A stretch of DNA of 64,000 nt from Haplodiscus bocki. Taxonomy: Eukaryota. Positions 1-11,400 of the stretch are shown one piece after another (position 1 is the stretch's first letter; each line of letters starts with the position of its first letter). The translations under genes and the position numbers were made by a program. The notes beneath the pieces are model-generated. The model was not told the DNA's origin and made no database searches. It saw nothing but the letters and a program-made list of their open reading frames with translations. The stretch lies in NCBI GenBank assembly GCA_965655095.1, contig OZ296656.1:62620001-62684000 (forward strand), read 5' to 3'.

Positions 1-222
1 TTTTTTCAATAAAAAAACAAATATTGAAAGTTTTGAAAAATCTTTCTTCTTCAAACGCATTCTACGGCAAATTTGCTCAACATTGGTGAAAATACTTCAC
101 ATTCAGAAGCGCGAACGAACACCGTGAACGCAATTGGCAAACATCAGGTAGGAAAACCCATTTGAGTAGAAGACTTTGCTCCCATAATTTTTAACTGTGA
201 CGCAAAAAAAATTAAATGATAT

Positions 223-603
223 TGTCGTGGCCGTCTTTTAGGCCAGAGTTTTGCGTCGTCTGGTTGCGCAAGATGGTTTCTTCAGGATGAGGATCACTCT
301 GGGAGTCGTCCTCATTCGTTCCCTGGTTTGTGCTATATGTGTTCCGGGACGCCTCTGGATTAGTTGGTTCTTGAGGAAGTCGTCAAGACGTGATAACGCG
401 CATAAGATGCGGTTTTCTGTCCCACTGAGCTCTTGAGACAACTTCTTTCTGACTCTTCCCTCAATTTCCTAAGAAACTTGAGATATGTAGTCTTCCTGTG
501 ATCTGGGAACACTTGTGTTTTGTGCCAGATTGCTCCCAGGATATTCCTCACAGTTTTCCTTGTCTAACGCTGCCAATTTTTTCTTGTTTCTAAGAGTTGC
601 CAT
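223..603 (-). pseudogene. Degenerate ORF remnant (MATLRNKKKLAAL...), probably the N-terminal gag-like part of a decayed retroelement or solo LTR
   Basis: ATG at 603; ORF fragments 469-669, 360-551 and 238-441 join into one basic/coiled-coil reading with a stop; the segment ends in ...CCACGACA at 223 (- strand); no TSD found. Confidence 0.3.
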
Positions 604-1539
604 TTTATACGGGAAAAGTGATTGTTTGGAGATTAATAATTCATTGTCTTTACTGATGAGAAATAACAATGTTGTTTTACAGTCTTTTTAGTAATGGAAA
701 TAATAAAGCTGGTGATAATCGTCAGTACTACAGAGTGCTAATAAAAGTTCTAAATCTGTGCTTTCATTTCTCTTGTTTATACCTTTTCCTTGGCCGGAAA
801 CATAATTATTTACCTGCAGAGTCAGGTTACAAATAGGAAAAAGTACTCATATAATTTAAGTACTAAGATAAACAACAACATCAATGTCAAAATGCCGACT
901 CTGGCGGTAAATAAACATTTTTTTATCCATCTCTTCCCTCATAGGACGCGCCTTCTCCATCTTTCGACAGAAAATGGATGGACCAAATCCGAGAGATGGA
1001 CATCAAAAAATGTTTAATCCTGCGCCCACATATTGTTTACAGATTGAAAAGAGTCTTCCATAAATGGGAAAACAATACATTTTTCCTCTAGCCCGGAAAA
1101 TGAAATAAAATAATAAAATGCTTCACCTTACATATGAAAAAAAAACAATTTTGTAGAGGAGGAAGATGTGGAAAATATAAAAAAGTATCACCCTCGTGTT
1201 CACTTCATCGTTATTCATAGCAGTTCATCAGTCTTTACTCTTTAGAAACGAGGAGACATTAGTAGCACTACTAGTTTATTCCTAATTCATACGAGTAGCG
1301 ACTAGTGGTTTCCGGATAATTCCGTATTCACTAGTAGTGGTAGTAGTCTGTGCTTAAATGAGGAGTGAATCCGGAATCACTCCGTATTCACCACAGCATT
1401 GCAGCACGGCATATTAGGAGTAGTTTTGGTGACGTCACCGGACTAGTAGCGACGGGAGACGTACGGACCAAATATTCATTCCGACAGTCAATACACTTTT
1501 TTTATCGATAAAATTACAAGTTCTAATTAAACTGCACTT

Positions 1540-1739
1540 NNNNNNNNNNNNNNNNNNNNNNNNNNNNNNNNNNNNNNNNNNNNNNNNNNNNNNNNNNNNN
1601 NNNNNNNNNNNNNNNNNNNNNNNNNNNNNNNNNNNNNNNNNNNNNNNNNNNNNNNNNNNNNNNNNNNNNNNNNNNNNNNNNNNNNNNNNNNNNNNNNNNN
1701 NNNNNNNNNNNNNNNNNNNNNNNNNNNNNNNNNNNNNNN
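1540..1739. other. Assembly gap (200 N)
   Basis: Run of N. Confidence 1.
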
Positions 1740-2744
1740 ATTATATAGAATGCTTTGTAGTATGTAAAACCAGGTACCACTGAGCATATTATAAACTAGC
1801 TGCTACCCAACATCAATACCAATAGTGCAGAAACGACAAGATAAAACAGATTCAATAGGTGCTAGATTCTGACTGAAGCTCAATGGTGGAAATACACTTT
1901 GAGAGACTAGAAAACACCGGTAACCTTCGGCCGGAAATCTGCAATATTTACATGTGCCCTCTGTGATGCAGTAACTTGACTATATAGACTCGTATTGAGC
2001 TGAACCTACATCACATCGGAAAACATCCGTCCCGATGTTTTCACTCCAAAATCAATTCTGCTATAAGCGCACACGGAGATTTTCGGTTAGAGAGATATAT
2101 AGCATTAGATAGGACAGAAGTTGAATGGATTTAGGAGAAAGTGAAAATTTACATCGTTTTCCATCCGTCCAAGATGGAAAACGGTAGAATTTGACTCTGC
2201 AGCTGAACTACCGACAGAAATCGATAGATAAAACACACATGAGTATATGCTAGACAACTCACATTGATTTCGGTCGGGAGAACAACTTGCGCCACGTTTC
2301 AGACATTTTACGATGTCTGAGGACTTGATAAAAATGCTGAATGGTTAAATACATGTAAACAGACATTTTCCGATGTCTTTTTAACAAATAGCTTGATGTA
2401 TCAATACTAAGACATATTCCGATGTCCCACGCGATAAATAGCACTACGTATGAGTACTAACACGGACTAAGCTGATAAATCAGGGCTTCAGACATTTTCC
2501 CATGTAAATCGGAAAATGCTATAACCCCCCCCCCCCCCCCCCCAAAGAACATTTGAACACATGCAATTCATCATATTTAGCCCTCAATTCCTCAGTTCAG
2601 AGAATATTTGCGCCATATTTAATTTATACAGTATTGGTGCTTAAATTTGCATAAATTTCATGTTTTATCGCTCTAGCGGCGAATTCGCGCGTCACGCAGT
2701 GATTAACTATTCAGCATTTAGGCCAACGAGCCAATAAGAGCTCG

Positions 2745-2785
2745 CCGATGGTAAGAATTGCGTCTTACCATCGGTCACGTGACCG
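2745..2785. repeat. Perfect 12-bp inverted repeat overlapping a 14-bp palindrome that contains an E-box
   Basis: CCGATGGTAAGA-ATTGCG-TCTTACCATCGG (2745-2774) and CGGTCACGTGACCG (2772-2785); CCAAT at 2731. Confidence 0.85.
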
Positions 2786-3088
2786 CGCTATTCCGACCGT
2801 GAAGCGTTAGTAATTCATAACCAGAGCAGAAGCGAGAACCACCGAGCAGACTATGTGCGAGTCAGAGAAAAGTTATTTCAATTCTCAAGACCCACAGCTC
2901 CTTACATTTTGATACATGGTTTTACGTCAGTATCTAGATTCAAGTTTGTAAACTTTAGAAATTTATACTCTTCCCACAAATATATCGGCCTAATTTCTAA
3001 TTTACCTCTTGCCGATTGTATGAGCTTTTCTTGTGAGTCTGAAACATTAAGAAACCGAAACTCGTACGACTTTAGAGCACAGCCAAAA

Positions 3089-3403
3089 ATGTCGACGCAT
3101 GAAAATGAGAACACTGAAGTAGTGGAATCGGGAGTAACTGAAGGCAGTGGAGAGAGTAACATTGAACTTTTTCCAGAATTAGTTGAGGAGAGGATAAAGG
3201 CTAGCCTTGAGCCTCTGCATCCGCAAATCTCTGCCCTTACTGAGATGATGGACAGGTTAATCCAAGGCAATTTGACCACAAAACTAAGACGGCGAGTACC
3301 CAAGGGCTAAGACTTCAGCATGAGTCACCTTAAAGCGAAGAACCGAGATCATCTAGGTTCCCAACAGTAGCACTTCTGACCACCGCCGGAAACTCGCCCG
3401 ACA
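3089..3403 (+). pseudogene. Degenerate ORF remnant (MSTHENENTEVV...LHPQISALTEMMDRLIQ), gag-N-like, probably in a solo LTR
   Basis: Acidic N-terminus plus short coiled-coil; segment ends in ...CGCCCGACA; promoter-like motifs upstream at 2730-2790. Confidence 0.3.
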
Positions 3404-5129
3404 ATATATATGCCAAAAACAGTTATTGAATTGACCACGAAAAAGATTACAGTATGGCTCAGTCAACATTAACGGGAAAAGATGCCATAAAACGACTCTC
3501 CCAAACCAATTTCCATTCTGATATGCAGTACGGCAGATACCGATCTAGTGAGAACGGAAACGGATTTCCGTCGGCCAAGTTTCGCTCTCTTGAATAGGAT
3601 ACCAGATAACGACATTCTCATCGGGAGAGACCACATTCTTGGAGGAACAAAACGAAAAAGTAAAGCGATTTAAAATTGAGGGACTGATCAAAAAGCCATA
3701 CATTCTATCGAACTGTAACTAAATCATAAAATTTGTGAAAAACTGGAACTAAAGGAAATAGTAACCTGCTTCAAGGAACGGCTAATGGCGACATAACGGT
3801 AAAACTAAGCGGCAGACTTCTTTGAACATCAATGCATCGAAAATCTGACGCCCGAGGCAAATAGGGCAAGATCTCAGACATTGGGAAGAAATCACAGTTA
3901 CAAAAGTCAAAAGTCAGTTCAGTGGTAAAGGAAGATCATGATGAAGAATCAGAAAACCAAGCCGAACCATACCGAAAAAAATCTGAGGCTACTACGGAAT
4001 GACACAAACCAACGGAATTACTAAAGTTAAACGGAAGTCAAGATAAATATGGAGCTGAGGAAGTGCGCTCAGAGGAAAAATAACAATAAACAACAAGAAA
4101 CAAAGATCACAACCAATCCAGAAAAAAATGCGCCGCCAAAGTGGTCAAACCAATTGAACAGCGCATCATAATAGTTCAGTTCAGCGCAACGGGAGAAGCA
4201 CTTTGTAAGAACCCTCAAATAGAGAAAATACTTCAAATTGATGTGTACAAGTACACCAATACGACTCCTCAATGCAGCCTCCGACGCCAACCAATCTGAC
4301 AGCTACGCAGCATATTTGCCAAAAATTCAATTAAACTTCACCAAAAAAATTCAATACCCTGAATGGTTTTTCAACAAAAAAAACTGATCCTAAACGGAAA
4401 AACGGCAAGCAATTAGTTAGTATCTGACCAAGTATAAAAATTACACCAAGAGCAAATGCAGAACCAAGTAATCAAAAACGTTCAAGGCTTTTGAGCAGCA
4501 AAAAAATCTGAGCCAGAAAAAGAGATTTCCGTGGGCTAAGTGTAAGTAGATGTGAGGAAGATCGAATGCGAAGTGGCATCACCATTTACAAGGAGTTATC
4601 TACGACCACTAATACGTCTGGCTTGGATGAGCAGAAAATATACATGCAATTACGAAAGAAAAAAATCAAATAGAATATTGTCTGAAAAAAATTTTATCAA
4701 ATGGATCCAAAGTGCAAGGAAAGCCCAAGAAAATATTTCGAAGAAAAAGTAGGATCAAAAGTTGCGATAAAATTGAATTAATGACCAATTGCATAATTAA
4801 CCCTACAAGCACCAAACCACTTCTCATCCAATTGGAAAAACCAGCATCCAATGAATTAAATGAAAAGTTCTGTCAGGCCACCAGAAGCGAGTAACGGATG
4901 TCGTGTTCGACATACAGCAGAAAGAAAAAGAAAAAGAAAAACTTTGGAAAACTAAACTTAAAAATATAACATTTTGTGTCCGCAATTTTGACTGCCGTTC
5001 CGCAAGTCCGAACACGTCCCCAATTTGTTTACATCCACTTCAAAACTAACGCCGCCATGACACTTTCACCTACTTTATATGGACATCGGCGTCACCCAAC
5101 AAAACAATAGACTCAACTCCCGAGATAAT

Positions 5130-5295
5130 AACGTCATCTGACGTCATCTGACGTCATGTGTGTATTAATCTTATAAATACTGACGACTCCCAAGTCACAT
5201 GACTAGGTCACGTGACTGACGTCATTCTCGGAGCCAATCCTGTGCTATCTTCATTCTGATTCGCTCCCGAGAGCACAAAAAATAGTATATACAGC
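5130..5295 (+). promoter_or_regulatory. Putative LTR U3 promoter: three CRE palindromes, E-box, CCAAT box, TATA-like box
   Basis: TGACGTCA at 5139, 5149, 5217; GTCACGTGAC at 5207; CCAAT at 5234; TATATA at 5286; all retained in the 3' LTR. Confidence 0.6.
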
Positions 5296-5744
5296 GGACG
5301 AAATTTGCCCCTTCAGAGAGGCGCCGTTTCAGCTCAGACCAGATGTCTAACGACCCGTGAAGTCACTCCATCCATTTTCCAACAACAGTAGATCGAATCC
5401 AGTGCACTACTCTTTGAGCAGTAATCGTTAATTGAATAATGTTTTCACTTTTGCTTTTGATTCTAACTTTTTCTTTCGGCGATATTTTCTTCATAATCTA
5501 ACTTTAACTTTTTCTTCTGATGTAAACTAAATATCCAAGTAACCAAGTTTAACTCCTAACTAAAAAACAGTAAAATAACTGAGTTCAACTTAAACATTAT
5601 TCAACTCAACTTTAACTTAAACTTTTAAAAAAAGTAACTCTTACCGAGATTAACTCTACTTTAACTTTTTTTAACTTTAACTTCACACTAAAATCTAAAA
5701 CACAACTTTCGGTTCTACTCAGTGAAGTTAAGTCAAATCCTCTG

Positions 5745-6230
5745 TGAGGTGGTCTCGTCAAATACGGACTTGTTCAGCCTTGGTCAAGTACCGGTTGATA
5801 AAATATTTACTATCCCTAAAACTTAAACTCTGCTTTGACTTTATTTAACTTTAACTTTACACTAAAATCTAAAACACAACTCTCAGTTCTAGTCATGGAA
5901 GTGAACTACTCAAATTCTCTGTGAGGTGGTCTCGTCAAGAACGGACTCATTCAGCCTTGGTCAAGTACCGGCTTGATCTTTGGAAAAAACTCAAATACTT
6001 TTTGAGGTAGTCTCGTCAAGTACGGACTTGTTCAGCTTTGGTCAAGTACCGGTTGATAAAATATTTATTATCCTTAAAACTGATAACTTTACTTAAGTTT
6101 TATTCAACTTTAACTTTAAACTAAAATCTAAAACACAACTCTCAGTTCTACTCATTGAAGTGAACTACTCAAATTCTCTGTGAGGTGGTCTCGTCAAGTA
6201 CGTACTCAATCAGCCTTGGTCAGGAACCGG
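5745..6230 (+). repeat. Four copies of a 50-bp GC-richer core in the 5' LTR separated by AT-rich spacers
   Basis: TGAGGTRGTCTCGTCAAGWACGGACTYRTTCAGCCTTGGTCAAGTACCGG at 5745, 5922, 6003, 6181. Confidence 0.92.
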
Positions 6231-6821
6231 CTTGATATCTGGAAAATAACTAAAATTTCCTTCTCATTTGAGAGGATCAAACTAGTCTTCAACTGAGGTA
6301 AAGTCCTAGCCTGTGGCGGATTTATTAAAACAATAAACTAAATACTCTCTTTATTTAATCTGACTGATGATTCTTTTAGATGTCCTTGTGTTCATAATAT
6401 TTATAATACTTTTCCTCTTTTGTATCTTTTCTCTATGATTTATACCTTAATTTATTTCATTTGTTTTGATACTTTAATACTATTAACTTTTCTGATATTT
6501 TGTCTTTCTGATTTTACTGATAATTGTAAGTCACCAGTTGATATTATTTACGATACTAATTTATCTGTTTATAATAATAATAACAAGGTTTCTTCACAAT
6601 ATTCACCAGATAGAAAAAGTCCTTGCTTCCGAACTCACGCCTGAGACGACCTTTGCTGAAGTGCAGGAAGGCAACAGTCGCAAAATTGAATTAGGAGACT
6701 TGTCCTGAGTTTAGGGATAGTTTTCTAGCGTGGAATAGAGTGGCTTTTGAGACTTTCCGCTGCTATTCCATAAAGACCAAGACCCCAACCACTCGCACAC
6801 TCTCTACACTTTTGCACTTCA

Positions 6822-7060
6822 CAAACTGGTGCGACAAGTGAGGCTAATCAAACTACACAAACTGGTGAAGCGACCTACCACAACAAATCAGTCAGGCACT
6901 ACCACAAAACTCAAACTGGTGAGTGAGGCTACAGATAAGCCGATAACGACAAACTGGTGAGGAAACCACCCACAAACTGGTGTGACCAACAAGACAGTGA
7001 GGCAGACACACAAACTGGTGAGACTTGAAATTTTGCAGTAAGACAAACCTCAACTGGTAA
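6822..7060 (+). repeat. Dispersed CAAACTGGTG repeats in the 5' leader
   Basis: Copies near 6822, 6858, 6913, 6950, 6974, 7011 and a degenerate one near 7051. Confidence 0.9.
6827..6840 (+). promoter_or_regulatory. Primer binding site of element 1 (tRNA not assigned)
   Basis: TGGTGCGACAAGTG 3 nt after the LTR end; TGG complementary to tRNA CCA; same 9-nt core in element 2. Confidence 0.8.
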
Positions 7061-7147
7061 ATTAAAATTTTAATTTCTTACTTTACTTTAAACTGATAAA
7101 AGAAGCCGTCGAGAGACAGACACCCACGAAACCAGACAATACTGACG

Positions 7148-8419
7148 ATGGCAGAGAACACAGTATCATTTTCTGACTTGGCTTTAGACAAATTCTCAGG
7201 TAACGACCCTGATGAAATTGCAAAATGATTTCTGCTTACAGGTGAAAACAAAATCAACTTGTCGCTTGGATCAAGATCAACTGACGCTGCCGAAAGAGCA
7301 CGATATCTATTCAGAGAGAAAGCACTATTTTCTTCACTTCTTCGAGGAGCAGCAGCAGAATGGTATACAGACTCAATAGGCGATGCAGCAACTTGGGACC
7401 AGATCAGAACCGCCTTCATTGACAGATTTTCAGATAACCGAGACAAATTTAAACACAGAATTACAGCACAGAACTGCGTGCGAGGAAATGAAGAAATAAT
7501 CAAAAACTTCTATCACAGAGTCAAAAGCGCAGTTGACAAAGGATGACCACTAGACCCAAATGGGACCTAGGCCGAGAAAGATAACCAACAGAACCAAAGA
7601 AATGCCAAACACATCGAATTCACAGTTAGAGGAGTCAGACCAACCGGATTAAAAAGAAAAGCTCATGAATACCTAATAGAACATCCGAATGCTACCTGGG
7701 ATGCCTTCCAAACCCATATCACGTCCAAAGACGTCATCTACACCATCAGTTCAGAGCTAGTGCCTAATGCCACCTCAGATCAGAACAACAAACTCCACTC
7801 TCTGGAGCAACAGATCAAAGAACTCACTGCATTATTCAAACAGCAACAAGTAAACCAAATCGCCCAACCTAATTCTCGACCTGCGAACGCTGATAACAAA
7901 TCAAGACCGAATATGACCAGATTCTGTTCATACTGCCGAAGAATTGGACACGCTCTCATGTACTGCAGAACCAAAGCTTTCGAAGATCGGATTAAAAGAC
8001 AACAGACACGAAAAAACCAAGAGCGCCGCACAGGCTTCACTCATGATTACAATAAACGAAGAGGACCGAACTTTGGGTCTCAGATTAATCAGAGTTTCAG
8101 TCAGCAACCCAGATACGGAAATCAGAACAACCAGACACCCTATCAAAAAACTGTCTTCAACCCAGATAGGAACAAAAACCCAAACTCAGATAGACAATAT
8201 CACCAGAACAGATCAAGCAACTCCTGCAACAACGGACCAGATCACCGTCAGCAGGCTCAGTATAACTTCAACGCTGGACCAGAGATTTCTGATACTCAGT
8301 AGAACAAGAATTTTCCACAAAGCAACAACCTACCTACACCCAACTCAGTTCAATTCATCGACAATCCGGGACAAGATGTAGTAAATACCCTTTCAGGTTT
8401 CTTTCATTTAAACTTCTGA
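7148..8419 (+). pseudogene. gag: gag (capsid-like region plus CCHC zinc knuckle), several in-frame stops
   Basis: MAENTVSFSDLALDKFSG..., LRGAAAEWY...TWDQIRTAFIDRF retrotransposon gag motif, CSYCRRIGHALMYC knuckle; colinear with element 2 gag. Confidence 0.9.
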
Positions 8420-8432
8420 TGTCTCCGAGACC
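8407..8432 (+). promoter_or_regulatory. -1 programmed ribosomal frameshift site gag-pol
   Basis: T TTA AAC heptamer in gag frame just before the gag stop; pol ORF at 8419 is in the -1 frame; followed after 7 nt by GTCTCCGAGAC. Confidence 0.8.
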
Positions 8433-11400
8433 TGATGAAAAAAGTAACTTCAGATCACGTTTTCATTTGAATGTCTTCTACTTTCCCACCGAAAACTGCC
8501 AAAAAGACAGTGGACTCGAAATCAACATTATGCTCGTCACTGGTGCAGCCTGCTCAATAGTAAATTACCGAACCTTTCTTGAAATTGCACAATTTAGACA
8601 AATGATCACCGTAGTTAGAATTAAACAGAAGACAAAAACCTACACTGGCGATATTGTACCCATGATTGGACACACTACTCTATCTTTCAGCTTTGATTCA
8701 AATGGAGAACATTAATTTGAACTACGAATTTGGATTACAGAGACACAGACCTCAAATCTACTCGGGATCGATTTTTGCGGACAATGCGTTTCGAAATTAC
8801 ATTTTGAAAAACCAGCAATAGAACTCAAGAACACAGCGAATACTATTTGTTACGGTAATATGTGTTCAACAAATCCTTATCCCTTCGTTTCAAAAATACA
8901 CACTATCAGAATACCCCATCAGATTCACATTGATGCCAAAACTTCCAAAGTCTGGAAATACTCATCAGAAGATAAATCGCAGAGTTTCCCACCAGGGACC
9001 ACATTCATTCCTCATCGACACTCTGTCAAATCAGGACTAGATTTTGTTAATGTACTATGCACCCAATCCGAGAACTATCTTCCTATCTTGATGGAAAAAA
9101 AACAGAAACCACCAAATAAAGCTGAACAAATGAGTTATTGGATACTCTTCACTTGATATCTCAGACTATGAAAGACCCAAATATCAGATCAAAGACTGTG
9201 TCCAGATGGTAGTTTCAATCCTTACTGAGAATGGCCAACATAACGAATGTTTCCTTCTTCATTCCACAGTTCCATGCGAACCTGACATTCAAGATAAAAT
9301 ACAAATACTGATCGGGAAGGACGAAAAAATTTTTCAAGCTAACACCGCCATCGCTCATTGCATTTCAGCCGATGCTAAAATGAGTGAAGGATTTGAAGAA
9401 ACAATTTGTCGTAGAGTGAACGGACTTCAAAAAATTTGTCGAAGAGCCAAAACAACCGTAGGTTCAGCTCTCCCCTATTGGGATCCAGAATCCAACAACT
9501 TCATCTACAATCTCGTAACCAAATCGAAATTTTTCGAAAAACCAAAATTAGACAACATTCGACTCTCACTCGCAAATATGAGAGGACATGCTCTACCTAA
9601 CAACATCACCAAAATTTCAATGCCAAAAAGCGGATGCGGACTAGATAAACTCCAGTGTACCGATGTTTTCAAACTCATACAGGACACTTTCAAATACTCT
9701 GGGATCCAGATTCAGATAATCATCAAACTAGAAACACACTCCATAAGAGGAAACCCGTCATCCAACAACGAGCGCTATGTCGAAGAGGAAGTAGAAAATT
9801 ACACAAACGAATGGACTAAAGAACGAGATGAACTTGAAACTGACTTCACGAGAGCTTCAAAATCCTGTCAACCACCTTGTACCGAACAATTTCCTATCTT
9901 GAGATCAAAACAACTTAAGGATGATCTGATCGATTACTACCTTCAATACCAATCAGAGGACATCAAGAACCTCGTAAAACATTTTGACTTCCGATACACC
10001 AACCTCGAGGAGGAAGAACTAGTTACCCTTATTGATGTGATCATAGACTCCAGAGACGTATAATCTCAACACAATTTCGACATTGGCCAGACCAAACAGA
10101 AATTTCATGTCACCTTGACACCCAATTCAGAGCTCAGAAAACAGCGAACTAGCAAATGCCCTCTTCATCTCAAAGAGAAACTATAAAAACTACTTTGACA
10201 ACTCCAAGACTCTGGTATCATCCGAGAAATGGGGGTTGATGATGAACTAGGATCACACTTCGTCAATTCAATCATTTTACTTCCAAAAGCAGATTACAGT
10301 AAACTAGTCATCGACGCTAGATATCTAAACTCCCTCACCGAACTAACTAACTATTTATGGCCACTAGAGCTACTCCAGATGATTATGACTAGAATCAATG
10401 GCAAAGACTTCACAGCAAGCGATCTTTCATGCGCTTACCACCAAGTCCCTCTATCTGCTGAAACACAGAAACTGACAAGTTTTGTATAAGGAGGAAAGAA
10501 TACACCTATCAAGTTGGATACTACGAACTCTGCGGTCTGCCTCAATGGTTCAGCCGGATGATGGCTATCAAATTCGAACCCCTCATCAAGAAGAAGGAAG
10601 CTATAACCTACCTTGATGATAGTCTACTCCAATCCCATACCAAAACAGAAAAGTATTATGAAAAGTAAAGTTAAAGTTCCTTGGCCACGTTATCTCCGAA
10701 CAAGGGATTCAACCAGCTGCAAAAAGAATAAAAGACCTACAGAACCTGAAATCTCTTGAGAGCGAAAGAGATGTATCGAAAGTCCTCGGATGTCTAGGCT
10801 TTTATAGCTGTTAGATCAAGAACCTGCACGTCGATAGTCAAACATTCTACGAACTGATCAAAGATACTACTCTTTTTATGTGGACCGATCATCATGAAGT
10901 ACTTTTTAAGAAGTCAAAACCAGAATCACCGAAGACACTATATTGGCAGTACCTTCAACCGAGTATTCCTTCCACATACACGTCGACCCTTCTTATGTCG
11001 GAACCGGTTGCATACTAGTCCAACAAATTCCCGAAGGAAAGAGAATAGTCTCTTTCAAATCTAGAGTTTTTGATAACGCCGAGCAAAACATGTTGACCCT
11101 CCACTGCGAAATATATGGAATAATATCTGCACTACAAACTTACGAACAATATATCATTGGATCGCCCTTTCCGATCTATCTCTACTGTGATCACAAACCC
11201 ATACTCTACCTTTGGGGAAGAAAAGGACAGCTATCAAATCGATTTTTCAAAGATCAAGTCATCATCACTAAATTCCACAACCTAAAGATCATTTGGACAC
11301 CTGGATCAAATCTCGCCTTCCCCAATATTCTCAACAGAAACGTGACATTATCAGTGGCAAACAGATTGCAACTTCAACATAAAGAAATTCCGCTTGATAT

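Larger units (their letters stand above)
4899..6823 (+). repeat. Element 1 5' LTR (1925 bp)
   Basis: Starts TGTCGTGTT, ends CACTTCACA; directly repeated at 20243-22247. Confidence 0.96.

Noticed and set aside
223-1486. Exact boundaries of a solo LTR (TGTCG at 223 with CACGGCA at 1411 or CCGACA at 1486)
   Set aside because: No matching target-site duplication at either candidate end
2525-2543. Poly-C run (G-quadruplex potential on - strand)
   Set aside because: Isolated homopolymer with no supporting context
6003-6012. TGAGGTAGT match to the 5' end of let-7 miRNA
   Set aside because: Only 9 nt, present in a minority of repeat copies, no pre-miRNA hairpin
6827-6840. Assignment of the PBS to tRNA-Gly
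   Set aside because: TGGTGCG fits some Gly(TCC) 3' ends but the following bases do not; host tRNA set is needed
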